A stretch of DNA of 64,000 bases from Acanthaster planci (Eukaryota): NCBI RefSeq assembly GCF_001949145.1, contig NW_019091356.1, positions 3,702,934-3,766,933 of the forward strand, in the 5' to 3' direction. Positions 50,534 through 63,900 of this stretch are shown piece after piece. A program made the translations under genes and the position numbers. The notes under the pieces are model-generated. The model was not told the DNA's origin. It ran no database searches and saw nothing but the letters and a program-made list of their open reading frames with translations. How positions within the stretch are numbered: position 1 is the first letter of the stretch; each line of letters begins with the position of its first letter.

Positions 50534-51035
50534 GGTGTTCATAACCTTTAGCACCCTGTTCCTATGATAAAGGAACAAATTCTACTTTTTCAAAACAACT
50601 TCTAGAAAAGGGTTGGTGATGTCCTCTTTCATATCAGAAAGAAAAGGGAACAGGGATTTTGGTTTTGAGGGAAATTTGGGGGTAAAATGGCAATGTACAT
50701 GACCGCCCTGAAGAGATATGAATGATGACAAATTAACGAATGTAGTCTGGTTCTTTGACCTGGATGGAGATTTTTTTTGATGAATCCAAAATGCCTGAGT
50801 TCGGGTAACCAGATGAGAAACAAAATGGCAGGATTCTGTGATTTGACAGAGCAGTTATCTTTTGCCAAACTGAGGTTAGAAATTTGTGGTTTTTCTTGAA
50901 TAAATATTGTAAAAATTTACCTAACCTAGGCTTTTCAGGATTAAGTAATGGTTTCTTAAGGTCAAAATGTTAGTCTGAGAAAGTGGACTTTGGTTTCCTT
51001 ATCATAGGAACAGGGTGCTAAAGGAAATGAACACC
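50534..51035. mobile_element. MITE with ~55-bp TIRs (Mutator-like) in the GALNT 5' intron
   Basis: GGTGTTCATAACCTTTAGCACCCTGTTCCTATGATAAAGG.../...CCTTATCATAGGAACAGGGTGCTAAAGGAAATGAACACC; 9-bp flanks GGAAAAACA / AAAAAAACA. Confidence 0.85.
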
Positions 51036-51716
51036 AAAAAAACAAGTGAGGTAGTGGGAGAGAGTGGTATACAAATTACCAGACAGATGAGGCTCCCCTG
51101 AACTTAAGTAACAAATGCTGATGATTATGATTTTGTAAACTAGGCCTACCCCCAGAACTGTGGGGTTTGGCGTCCGCTGTGGGGAGTGTGGTAGAAGTCG
51201 AAACCCACAGTTCTTGGGGGATATTTGTCAACATGGTTAATACCCCTAGGGAGAACTTAACTGGATGAAGGAAATTTATTAAGTCTATCAGCATCATCTA
51301 TACACCTGTACATTCATAATGACCCTTTTACCCCCTCTAGGCCTAAACATTTCTGAATACTCTTCCATTGGTTCCTCTTGTGAATTTATACGGTTCGATG
51401 TTTTGCAAGCCTAATTCCTCCAAGGTGAATCAATTTTGACGGACAGTGGCATCGCTTTGGTTTCTGCATGTTTTTTCCAGGAAGTGAACTGAGCCACACC
51501 CCTACCTCAAAGCTCAGCACTCGGAGCAACTGGAACCAACCCCCACAAGGCAGAAGAGAAGCGAGAATTGGACTCCTCATGCACATCCTCTGTCAGTAAT
51601 TTTGACGGGCCATCACAATATAACTCCGCTTGTGTCTTGGGAGCGCAGGTTTTTCTACCGATTCCTACTTACTTTTTTATTTTAGCAGCTGCAATCTTGG
51701 AACTTTTGTCGACAAC

Positions 51717-51930
51717 ATGTTGCCCAAACGCCGGCAGTGTAAAATCATCATCGCGACATCCCTAGTATGGATTCTTATTGACTTTGGACTGTTGTTATAC
51801 TACACCGCGCCTTGCATCGGGCCCGGCTGTGCTAAGCAAGATAACGAGAATAAACAGGGGCCGTTTCAACGGATCATAGAGAGGGCGAACGATTTCATGA
51901 AACGCAGGCCTGAAGAAAGAAAACAAATAG
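51717..51930 (+). CDS. GALNT1: GALNT coding exon 1 (cytoplasmic tail, TM, stem)
   Basis: [29 protein letters not shown]..., donor G|GTAGGT; exon acceptor TAGCAG at 51683-51688. Confidence 0.9.
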
Positions 51931-54900
51931 GTAGGTGGTTGACTCGTACAGCGCTAATATAATCCCCGGTTGGTGATGCAAATTGCCCATTACTCCAGTT
52001 TAAAGCCCGATCAGGGAATTTTGGTAAGGAGTTTCTTGCTGATTTTTGAAAATTAAAACCCAGCCATGTTTACTTGCTTGCAACATGTGAGCCATGTACC
52101 CCTAGAAGAAAAACCCAAACACCACGATATCCTGCTGAATGGACAATTTTTACAGGAGTCAGGAAGCTTGTCAGGAAAAAAAATGCCCAGAGGGTATTTA
52201 CTTGGTGGGATTATATCTAGGATCAACATAGTAAACCCTACATACATGTGTAAGAACGACTTCCTGCATTGGTTTCCCTTTGCTGGTCTTCATTTATATT
52301 TTGCAAAAACGCAAGCGTGTGTGGTTTTCTTATTTTCTGTAGTTTTTTTAAAGATCTGTAATTTGAAACACGACAAATGACTCTAGTTTCTGCCCCTGGC
52401 AACATGGCTTCCATGAGTCCCATTTGGTAGACAAATAGTTGTGTCAAACGGAAAGGAATGGGTTGGATTTTTTTTTCAAAGTGTCGGATTTCTTGCAGTG
52501 CTGACCATGAATTATGGAAATCCATATCCTGGTCCCGTTCAATCCGATACATTCGTGCATGAATTGGGGTCGCTGAATATTAGTTTCCTCAACTGCTGCC
52601 ATGCATCGTCAGGGTTTTTTATTAGTATTCTGGAGTTACTCAGTGCTGGCTGAGACGAGTCATTTAAGATGCAAAAATTCAGGTGGTTAACACGTGTCAG
52701 GAATTCCTCGGAATATTCCTACCGTCAATATAAAAATTCTCCTTGCAGTCATGCGTGTGTCAAGATGCGCATTAAACATTTACAATTACAATTCATACAG
52801 GTGACAGAGTCTTCGGCAAAAATCAACACTTTGGAGATGCTGTTTGTTTCATTTTTTGTTTTCATTTATTCATGTACATACAGAAGTGTAGATGTATGGT
52901 GCAGGGAAGCAGAGAATACTAATAATACTCAATAAAATTTGGAATATTTTGAAGTCGCAGAAAGCCTCAGTGAACAGCTTTGTATTTAACCCCTGGTACC
53001 ACCTTATCTGTTTTCCAAGCCTCAAAAAAAAAAAAAAAAAAAGAAGAAGTACAGATTGTTTTTGCCAGCAGTGCATCTCAAAATCTTGTTGGTCGTTGGT
53101 CACACTAGGCAAAAACTTCAGGTTTGTCCCAATGTTTTCCTTTTAGTCAAATTCTCCCAGTTTGTCCCGAGTGTATTAATTGTGCAAAATTACTAAGTTG
53201 AGATTTGTTTGAAGCTCAGCCTCAATTCTAAGTCTGAATATTGGCCAGCAGTGATGTGGCAGAAAGCTTAGCCTCAGAAAGTATAACCCCGGTGGTCAGG
53301 AAACTCACAAAGAACCATTTTTTTCATAATTGATTATCGGGTCAGCAACTGTATGCTTACACGTACCCAATTGGGCCAATTTGTTTATTTCTGCAAGTGA
53401 GGGCGGAGGTCCGATTCTTTCTGTACATAAATGCCAAATGTAAACATTTCATGCCAAAGGATGGATTGTATTGGTTTGGTGGATCTGCATGGGAGTAGAG
53501 CTTTTAAAGGCGGAGACAGATTTATGATGTGCCATATGAGGGGGGGTGTCATTGAATTTGCCAGACAATGTTGCCACAGGTTGGCACAAAGAATGGAAAA
53601 ATTTGTCATGAAAGACCAATTTGCTGTGGTACAAGTGTTTATAACACAGGGAAGTTGATTTGAAACTGGGAAAGTAAATAAGGCTGCCTAAAATATTTCC
53701 ATCAGTGCATCGTTAAAAGTGAATTTCTTTGTATAGGTCTGAAGAATGTAGAAAAATATGTTACCGGTTCTAGTAAAACCCAAGACTTGGGGCAAAATTT
53801 CAGACAAACTTTCTTTTGACGTGTGTTTGAAGAAGTTTGGATAAAATCTGACCAAGATCTGGATCTTGAAATTCCAATTGAAATGGAGAAAAATGACCTT
53901 TAACAGTCAACAAACCAATTTAATGATTTGTAGAAAATTGTTCCCATGGAAACTGCATTGTTGGCCAAAGGGGGTTTGAACTTGAAACTTCACACACCTC
54001 ATTGATGGTGAAATTTCCCATTTGTTCCCTGATGCAATGTTTTAAATTTTGTAGAACCACACTGTGTCATGGGAAATAGTAAGCGTCGGGTTTTGTCAGG
54101 ACCGGTCACATATATCTGAAAAAATGAGTCTTTATTTGAGTCCACTAGACGTACACGTACATTCCAATACAACCTCCGATTATTTGGGTCATGTGGGTGG
54201 GGTCCAATATTGGTATGAAGTCACTTGGCAAGTGAACAAATTCTTGTGCTGTGGGGCCGGTTTCCGGACACCCAATGCAGTAAACTGTGTTGAAATGCCC
54301 AGTAGTCTGTCACCAGCACAGTCATGGGATATTTGATGTATGGTACGAGATGCAACTTGGATTACATTTGAATGAAGGGCCCACCACCATACCCTGTACA
54401 TGTCTTACGTGGTTGTGTGGCACAGTAACTTCCAGTGTGCCACAGCACCTGACCCCGCTGCAAGTAACAACTTGTGGAGAAGTGTGATATGGAGGTCTTG
54501 GCCTATAAATTGTTGAATTATTGTTGAGTTCTTGGGATCCAATCATGTCATGTGTAGTTTTAGAACATGGTAACCCTCCCCTCCCAAATGGTGATACAGA
54601 ATCAAGATAAGGTTAGGGATGATTTGGCATTGAAATGGAGGGCATATTATTACACGGATTTAGAAGACAAATTGGTTCATGTGAACGGACAGTGGAAATC
54701 AACATCTATTTTTGAAAACTTATATTATGAAAGGAATAGAACTTAAACCAGAATCATCTCCTTGACACCATTATCAATTCGTCTCTCAAACCAACAGAGG
54801 TGCCTCGGCAGTTTAACTCAGACGGTCCAGGGGAGATGGGCAAGCCAGTCATCATTGAGCCGGAGAACAAGGCCGAGGCAGAGAGGCTATTCAGAATCAA

Positions 54901-57900
54901 CGAGTTCAACCTCATGGCCAGCGATAGAGTATCGGTTAACCGGTCACTCCCAGACGTCCGTCCCCGCGGGTAAGAATTCGATACCATTTCCCCCCCCCAA
55001 AAAAAACCACAATTTGTGTCAACTTTAACCCTCTCAGATTTGTCCCAAATTCACAGGAGATTTGGAAGGATTATGAATGGCAGATCCCAGCCACTATGAC
55101 CCCAAAGTACAAAGGATGTGCCGTTGGTTTCCTGCACTGTAGAGGATTTAGCAGGATTGTAGACATTTTGCGGACAAAAAAAGAGTTAATAAGTTGATGA
55201 CTTACCGAGGCCTGGTTGATGGATTTGCAGCTGACACATGTAAAATAAGATGAGGCACCAGAGCGGCAGCAAAGAATCTGTTGAATTATTTACAAATGGT
55301 TTGGAGACTGACATAGTGTATAATTTGCTGTGTAGTATTCCACTGATGACAAACAATTGTTATTCTCCAAAATGATAAGCTAACTAGTTCTCCTCTGAGC
55401 GACACAGAACTCTATAAACTGTCTGTCCTCTTCAAGTAGGCCCCATCTTTATTCTGAAAGTCTGATTGGGCACATTTTCACACAAAATTTGAAAGTTTTA
55501 CTAATATATGCCTACATCATAAGGACAAAGAAAGATTAGCTGTGTTTCCGGTTACCCGACCCAACCTACAAAATCACACAGAACCTATATCGTTTTATTT
55601 GACAAATCAATAAAGTATAAAAACTTATGGGGCCTTGCCCCGAGCCAAATTTTGTGCACATGGTCCTGTACATTGTATTATTTTAATTTGTTTTTTCATG
55701 AGATGGACGGCTCTTGTGTGCTTGTATTTCAACAACCAGCTGCTTTACTGCTCAATCACAGAGCTGATACATAATATTGACAAGCACATGTACAGTGTTA
55801 ATCTGACACTGACTTAGTACCTGTTACAAATATACACACCCCCCAAAGAAAAACCGTCATCCGACCCTAATTTTTTGGGCTATAAAAATTAAAGAGTAAA
55901 AAAAGCCCATTTTACCCTAGACCAACCACTTTAATTTATTTTTCGGTGTAATAGGAAACAACTATTTTTTTGTTTGGCCCGACCACAGTCCCACAAAATG
56001 GGAGGTAAGTTCTACAAAAATATTTTTTTGAGACTGAAATTATAAACGGCACTTCCTTGGGGCCGCTGTTAATTCTTTTGATGGTGGGTCTTAATTAAAA
56101 TGCCAGGAGTAATGCAGCAGTTGTAGTGAGATCAGATTAGGGAATCAAATCTAAAAATGGAGTTACTTTCAACTTTAACCGACTGACTGGGGCTCTGTGG
56201 GATCATCAAGTCATGTGAGCCAGATTGAGAGCCCTTGTTTTGCCTCAGGGCTTGCTGAGGTGAAGCAACTATGGAAGTGCTTGTCAGCTGAGGACAGGTC
56301 CTTCAAATGGAGTCCTTCTGAATGCCACAGGTCATCCATGTCACAGGGACATGGTTGTATTGGTTCCATCACAGGTTGGGACATGCAGGATGCAGGCTTA
56401 TCAGTGTACATTGTCAGTCTCCCCTTGCTACTCTAGAGATCCATAACCCGACTACAGCACAGGGAGTTGTAATGACTTGGCCTGGAGTCAGATCTTTTCT
56501 ATGTTAATAACCAAAGGCCACTAGAGTAATGAAGGAAATAAAACCCACTTCAGTGTTGGTTTTAAGCTTTGGTAGGGGTGGGTGGGAAATAGGACCATAC
56601 CCCCCCCCAGAAAGGAATATCCCTGGGGGAAGGGATTGAGAGAACAGTACTTCTTTTGGGAGATCTATTTAATATTTCTTTCTTCTAAAAGCATGTAAAG
56701 TTATTGCCTCACCCCTTTAATTTTAAAGACCATAAATGGTCAGTAAAAATGTTTTGAAAATATTCCCCTCTCCCCAACAAAATCCTAGAAATGGGCTTTT
56801 TGTTTTTACTGGGCAGATATTCAACAGATGCAAAAATAAACTTTCGATCCGACAAGAAGAAAGGTTGAAATTTTGATAGTTATTCCCCCATCAAATCTTG
56901 CCATTTGTCTCATTTGAAAGCTTGCAACTGAAAAAAATATCAGATCCCAAAATGTCTGAGAACTTGTGAGAGTTTATCTCAGCAAGAAGAAATGGCCGAA
57001 TCCCAAATGTGGGACTGTGCATGTGCATGGTCAAAATCTATCTGTATCCTGTTTGGTTCCATCACAGAGGAGGGAACACAAGGTTCCATGGAATGTCCAT
57101 TTACTTCATAAGCCAATTAAGCGGCTCTCTTTTGGCTCCACTGACCCCTTCAGCATAAACATCCTTTCCTGTGCCAAACTCATTGCATAACACTTCCCCC
57201 AACTAAGAATGCTGTTCTTCCACAGTTATAAAAACCCTGATGGGGTTCCCTCGACCCCCCACAACATTCTTCACAGCCCACTCACATAGCTATTATCCTT
57301 GTAAACCCTCTGGGGATTTTGCCCTCTGCCTCTTCCAAAACAAGTTTTAAAGGAAAAGTCCCTCTGTTCCATCTGCAAGTAATCTGTTCAGTCCTGGATG
57401 ACACATACACCTAAACTGTGACATCTGATAAAGTGATTTGTCCTGTCCAGAAAAAAAATGTGGTCATATCCAGCGGTGCATATAGAAGAGATCATCAAGA
57501 TTTATCAAGCCTGTGCTTGGAATGCTAAGTATTCTTATTAACACATAAGTACATGCCTTATTTTTGTATACATCTGTCCATAATTTTATGATTTTTCTCA
57601 ATTAAAAAATCAAAATCACACTGCTAGTTTGTCATGTTAAATACTACGTGAATTGTGTATGTTAAAAAAATTGAAACTCCCTTAGAACTGAATTATTTTT
57701 GGTCAGTACCAGATCTGAAGAAATAAAATCTGAAAGATGCCCACAATATTCTCTATTTAAACAAAGCATATCAAACTAACGAAAATAAAACTGTTCTTTT
57801 TTAACCTAGCAAGACAACCCCTCTCCCCACCAGCCTCTCCTTTAAAAATAAACATCTCCGTCAATTTGTTTTTCCGGAACTGAACTTGCCCTTGCTCAGT

Positions 57901-60900
57901 CTCGAACAGGATACCCTCATTTTCTGGTTATTCTGAGCCCCAGATTCTCGGGGCCTGCCCTAATTTTTCTCCTCATCGAGGAAGCCACGATGATAGACCG
58001 CCCCTTTAAATGACATTCTTCTCCCCCATTGTCTTCAGCCACTGGTTTAAAGACAGCTGTAGAGGTTGCTGTGTCTGACCCCAGCATGATCGGCACATTC
58101 CTGGGTAACATAAACAATGAGGGATTGGTTCTCACCCTACATGCCCCAGCCAGAACATCTCGACTTAATCACGGCTGAAACTAAGGACAAAAGGACAAAG
58201 CCCTCTCTCTTGGCAATGTTGTGAGAATTAGCATCGTTGAAAATGCCGATTTTTGTCTAAGCGTGGTCTAGTCTAAGGAGGGTTGAACGGGTGAATTAAT
58301 TTAAAAAAGATAGAATGCCTGACATTTCAACCCTAGCTGAATCTTTCTGAAAGGCGAGTGGAATTGTAGTCATTTTTATTTAGCTTTTATGTTGGCAGAA
58401 GTTTGGAGTGCTCGTGCGACTGAATCGTCTGAGGTCGGATTTATGCATTAGCTTCAGAGTCTTCAAGAATGTTTGATTCCTGCCAGATTACTTGTTTTCT
58501 CACAATTTCCTGTTCTCTTTCTGGTTAGGGTCGATGTTTTCCTCCTTTCCCTGATGTAACTATCCACGTTTACAGATTACGGGAAACGTACAATGTATGT
58601 CTCCCCAATTGGAAGGAAAATCCTTTGGATTTTATTCCACACAAACACTGTCAGGCAGAAAAAAAACCAACTTGTGATGTGGCACATTAGTGTGTATTTA
58701 AACCAGGGGGTGATGCCACATCTGACTTGACACGTGGTCGGTCCCCACCCCCAGAGTAACATGTGCAGTCTATTGATTATTGAAATCCTGCCTTTGTTGT
58801 CCCACTATAGAACGGAAAAAAAGCAAACTTCAGGGATAATGCCAGCATTAGGCGCTGAGCTGTTTCAATAAACGTCGTGTAAACACCGGTTTGTAATATG
58901 CATGGGTCGATTCAATTTTTCAGGGGAACATGTTTGTATGACTGGCAGCATTTCTATGAACGGATTGTGACTTGGTTTTACTTTTTTTTTTTAAATACAG
59001 GATAATGTAACTGAAAAGGGCAAAGGGGACGGTGATTTTTTTATCTAGTGGTTAAGTGTGAAGATTTTGAGTTGTGGAAGTTGACGGCACAAAAATTGGT
59101 TACTTGTTGCTATGTTAGTGAAATCCTGTTGCTGTGGTGAAAATGACATTTAAAAAAGATGCCTTCCCATCTCCAGAAAAATTCTATGTAAGGACCACTC
59201 CCGGTGATTATTCCTAAAGCCCATCTTACTGGCAAGTTGCCATAATCCTCAATAGACCAATGGTACATTCTTCATACTTCAGTAAAAGGGTGTTGAAGAG
59301 CACTGTCTACCATAACATCCTGACTGTACCATAATGCTGAAAATTTGGTGTCGGTTTGAAAATTTAATATGTATAGGTAGGATGGTAAGAGTTCATAGAT
59401 ACAAAAACTTGTCTGGAGGTACTCTAGTTCTAATTTTCGTTTATCTCTGCAGGTGCGCCAATAAAGTTTACCCCAAAAATCTACCCACGACCAGCGTGAT
59501 TCTGGTGTATCACAACGAGGCGTGGAGCACGTTATTACGCAATGTTCACAGTATTATCAACCGGTCGCCGCCGGATCTGCTGGCCGAAATCATTCTGGTG
59601 GACGATGCCAGCGATCAAGGTAACGGTCGCTCATTGGCTGTGCGTATGACCCATAGGGGGCGCTGTTCACTGATTGGCTTCCGTGTTCTGCAAGAAATTC
59701 TACAAGTTTGAAATTTCTGTCACAGAATGCTACCTGAAACTCTTCCTTTGCCTCTCAAAGCAAATCTTGATCAAAAGAGTTACCTTGATATTTGCCAAAG
59801 ATTTGAAAAACAAAGTATTCCCTCAAAATGGCCATAAACCTGAAAATTATATGTAGACTTGAATTATACCAAGTAGTACTTTATTTAAAAAAAGACTTCA
59901 CTCAGTTAATCAATTACTGCTCGAGTGCTTGTTATTTTTTTTAATCTTTCAAATAGTCTCTGTTTTTGAAGTACAGTAATCAAGGGATAGTTCTTAGTAG
60001 GAAGGAAATTAAGAAGGAAATTTCAGTGCATCCGTGTCAGGCTTCGGCAGACACTGCATGGTTTTAACATCAGTACAGGGTCCTTTTTATTGTTCATGCA
60101 TGATTAACAGTTTGTATCTATGGTTTCCACCCCCTGAAGCTGGTCAAGTGTAATAAATGATGAATTTGATTCCACGTTGCAGCCAGCTTCCAGCTTTATT
60201 GTGCATGCTCAGTCATGCATGATTCATATTAAAATCATTACTAAAGATGAACAGATAAGTCAGTACTTGGGATGGAACTTCCAAGAATTAGAATTTGTTT
60301 TCATTTCTTTTCAGGGTGCAGTAAAAAATTTGTTGCTATCATTTTCTTCTTTTTAGTAATTTTTGTCTGAGTTAATAAAATTTCCAGTCTACACTGACAT
60401 AAAAAAGGCAGACTGGTGCCAAAAAAAAGTTTCAACTTGGTGCGCAGTGCTCATTAAGAACTGCATTTCAACAAAAAAGAAATCAGCTAGGCGTACTCTT
60501 CACATCCTGTGCCAAACATCTGTGATCACACACGGTGATTTTCACGCGCTACTAGGGGATGTCACTCTTGAATAGAAATGTGTAACTTTTTTGTTCCTAT
60601 ACGGTTCGTATAAGGATTTTTGACAGGTTCCCCTCCAAAAAAACAAAATTCGTTAAGTAACTCATTTGATGAAAAATGATTGTGATTTTGACGTCTCTCC
60701 ACAGAGCATTTAGGTAAAAAACTAGATGACTACGTAGGCAAGCTGCCCACATCAGTACGCATTGTACGCATGCCAGAGCGATCGGGGCTAATACGTGCCC
60801 GCATGACGGGGGCGGGGGTTGCCAAGGGAGATGTGCTGACATTCCTGGACTCCCACTGCGAGGCGACGGAGGGCTGGCTGGAGCCTCTACTGGCGCGAAT

Positions 60901-63900
60901 AGCCGCTGACAGGTACGTCTGGTGGGACAGGTGGCCGGAAGATTTCTTGAATTGCTCGTTGGAGCCAAAATAGGTTGATTAAGGGGTGATGACACCGCTC
61001 ATCAGTTGGACGGTGAATTTGAATCAAAGAGAATAGTGGAGGTAAACTGAAGAAACTTTCATGTAGACGATGCAGTTGTCATGGGTTGGATGAGGTTGCC
61101 ATGGAGATGCTGCATGACTGTGATGGTAAGAGAGGCCAGTTCTGGGATGCTTGGATAAATAGCATGTTACTTTACTTAAGGTTCCTTGGGGGGCAAATTC
61201 CTTGGTGCCCGTTGATGTTAATTGAGATTGCTGACAAGAAAAGGAGCAGCACTGAAACGTATGGCAGGAGTGCACCAGATTATGGTGGTCTGGTCACTGC
61301 CTCTCTGTCCGTTCAATATTTGTCAAAGATTAGCAAGCACCAAAGTGCTCTTCCAATTTTTACATTTTTTTCCCCTCTTTTACAAGTAGCTTTGGCATCT
61401 TGCAACTACTCGATGCTTCCTTTGAAATTTGGCCACTCAGATCAGAGTAGAATTGTCAAGCTTTGTGTCAACCACAAAAGCTCTCCAGAAAAAACCAAAC
61501 CCATGTTATCTGAGTTGTCCTTGTGTACTCCCGTTTTTAACCCCCATTTCAAAAGGTGTAATTCTCTGGTTTTAAAAAGTGACAGTTTTATTACACTTCT
61601 CTAGGAAAACATCAGTGTGCCCTGTTATTGATGTCATCAGCGACGAGAACTTTGGATACCAACATGGGAACGATCCGCAGATGGGAGGCTTTGGCTGGTC
61701 ACTCTTTTTCAAATGGTATCCCATCCCCCACAGGGAGCGGGAACGCAGGCGAGGGGACATTACAGAACCAGTCCAGTAAGTTGGAAAGAGATTTTAGTAG
61801 TTGGATGTTGTCCTGTTAATTCTCAATTTGGCAGATTTAGAGCTGGGGCATCTTCTAGTGGATTTAATTGGGCATTATCTGCAAATGGGCAGTTAAGTAT
61901 GGAACTTGCTGAAATGTGAGCAACCTCACGATCCAGTGTGACTGGATCAGACCACAGTGTAGGTCTTCGAGTGAACCATTCATAAATTCTTGCTATCCTT
62001 ACCGAGTTTGAACAAGCCTGTTCAATTCTCTGCTGTTGCTAACAGCTTTACCGCTTCTGTTGATGCCTTCATTAAAACCTCATTTCTAAACATGAAAACA
62101 CTGAAATGAACAGAAGTGAAAGGGAAACTAAATTGTGTAATTGGGTATCTATAATCCAGCTTACTGAAGACCAGTACACAGTTGCGTTCACAACATGCCG
62201 TTTGTTATTATTCCTCAGATCGCCTACAATGGCAGGCGGATTGTTTGCCATCGATAAGAGCTATTTCGAGGAGCTTGGTATGTACGATCCCGGCTTCAAC
62301 ATCTGGGGTGGGGAGAACCTAGAACTCTCCTTCAAGGTAAGATAATGCTTGTCCTTATGGAGTTGTGTTTATGATCTTATGTTGTATGCTGAGGGTTTGC
62401 ATGACTCCTGTGTGGTAGCCATATTGGTGGTCAATGGTGACAGTGCATGCTTTTTACAGAATGGCACAAATGACTTAATTGGATGCACAGGCTATTCACA
62501 TACACCCTATGTGCTCATGTTCATCTTTCTATTGTTTGAATGTGTTTGGCGCCCTCTGTTGAGAATATAATACAATGCTAGCTCATTGTAAAAAAAAACT
62601 GTGATATTATATTGTGGTAATTTACTGCTAATTGTGGACTGATGACAACTGGGATGAAACATTGACCAAAATAAAAGTGACGGGTTTGTGACACATCTTA
62701 CGGCGTTATTTCATGGCAGAACGAGAGTTTGAAAAGCTTGAAATTTCCTCTTTCAAAATTGTACTCCTAATAAGAAGAGTTAATATAACAGAATTAGCCC
62801 CGAAGCAAAATTTGTGAAATTGTTGAAAATCCTAGAGTTGTTGGATTCCCCCCCACCACTTTCTTTGTAGTTATGGATGTGCGGCGGCAAGCTTGAGTTC
62901 GTCCCCTGCTCCCACGTGGGCCATGTCTTCCGCAAGAAGTCGCCTTACCACTTCCCGCCGGGCACCAACTACGTCAACCGCAACAACAAGCGGCTGGCCG
63001 AGGTCTGGCTGGACGACTACAAGAACTTCTACTACCGCATCTCGCCTGTGGTGGCCAAGACAGACCCAGGGGACTTGACGGAGCGACTGGACCTGAGGAA
63101 ACGGCTGAACTGCAAGAGCTTCAAGTGGTACCTGGAGAACATCTACCCGGAGTCTTCCTGGCCGGTGGATTACAAGTCCATGGGAGAGGTAGGTGGCCGG
63201 TGATGCTGATAAGATGTGATTCGGTTAGGATTCGAACCCACAGTGTCTCTGTTACAGCCTTGAGTCATTCTAACCAGAGGATTGCAAATCCATAGGAAAG
63301 GTAGGTGGACAGTGATGCTGATAAGACGGGACTTGAGTTGGATTCGAACCGACAATGTCTCTGTGACAGCCTTGAATCATTCTAACCAGAGGATTACAAA
63401 TCCATAGGAAAGGTAGGTGGCCAGTGATGCCGATAAGACGGGACTTGAGTTGGATTCGAACCCACAGTGTCTCTGTTACAGCATGGAGTCCTTCTGGCCA
63501 GTGGATTACAAATTCTTGAGGGAGATAGTTGGTTAATTATGGTAATAATAATTAACTTAGGTGGGATTTGAATCCACATTTTGCTGTTACTGCCTGGAGT
63601 CACCCTAGACTTTGACTTACAAGCTTTCTTACCCAAATAAAAGAAAATGCGACTAACATAGAAGGGATTCGACCTCTTACTTGTTCTTACTTGTGCAGCC
63701 TTACCATGCAGTTATTAAACTTCAAGCACTTTGTAAAACATTTTACAGCCAAAACACAATGTTTTCATTTAAATAGGGAATTCGGATTAACATGGCGTCC
63801 TGTGAGAAGTTTGTTTCTTCACGTCAGCAAGAGCGTTGAGTCTGTGGAAATCTACGTGCTCAGCTCAAAACTGTCCTCCACCCCGGCGTATTTTTGTTAC

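Noticed and set aside
55025..55189. Another TTAA-flanked element
   Set aside because: Terminal complementarity too degenerate to call.
61086..61604. 172-aa plus-strand ORF in a GALNT intron
   Set aside because: No similarity to GALNT exons or any family I recognise; the flanking exons join in phase without it.
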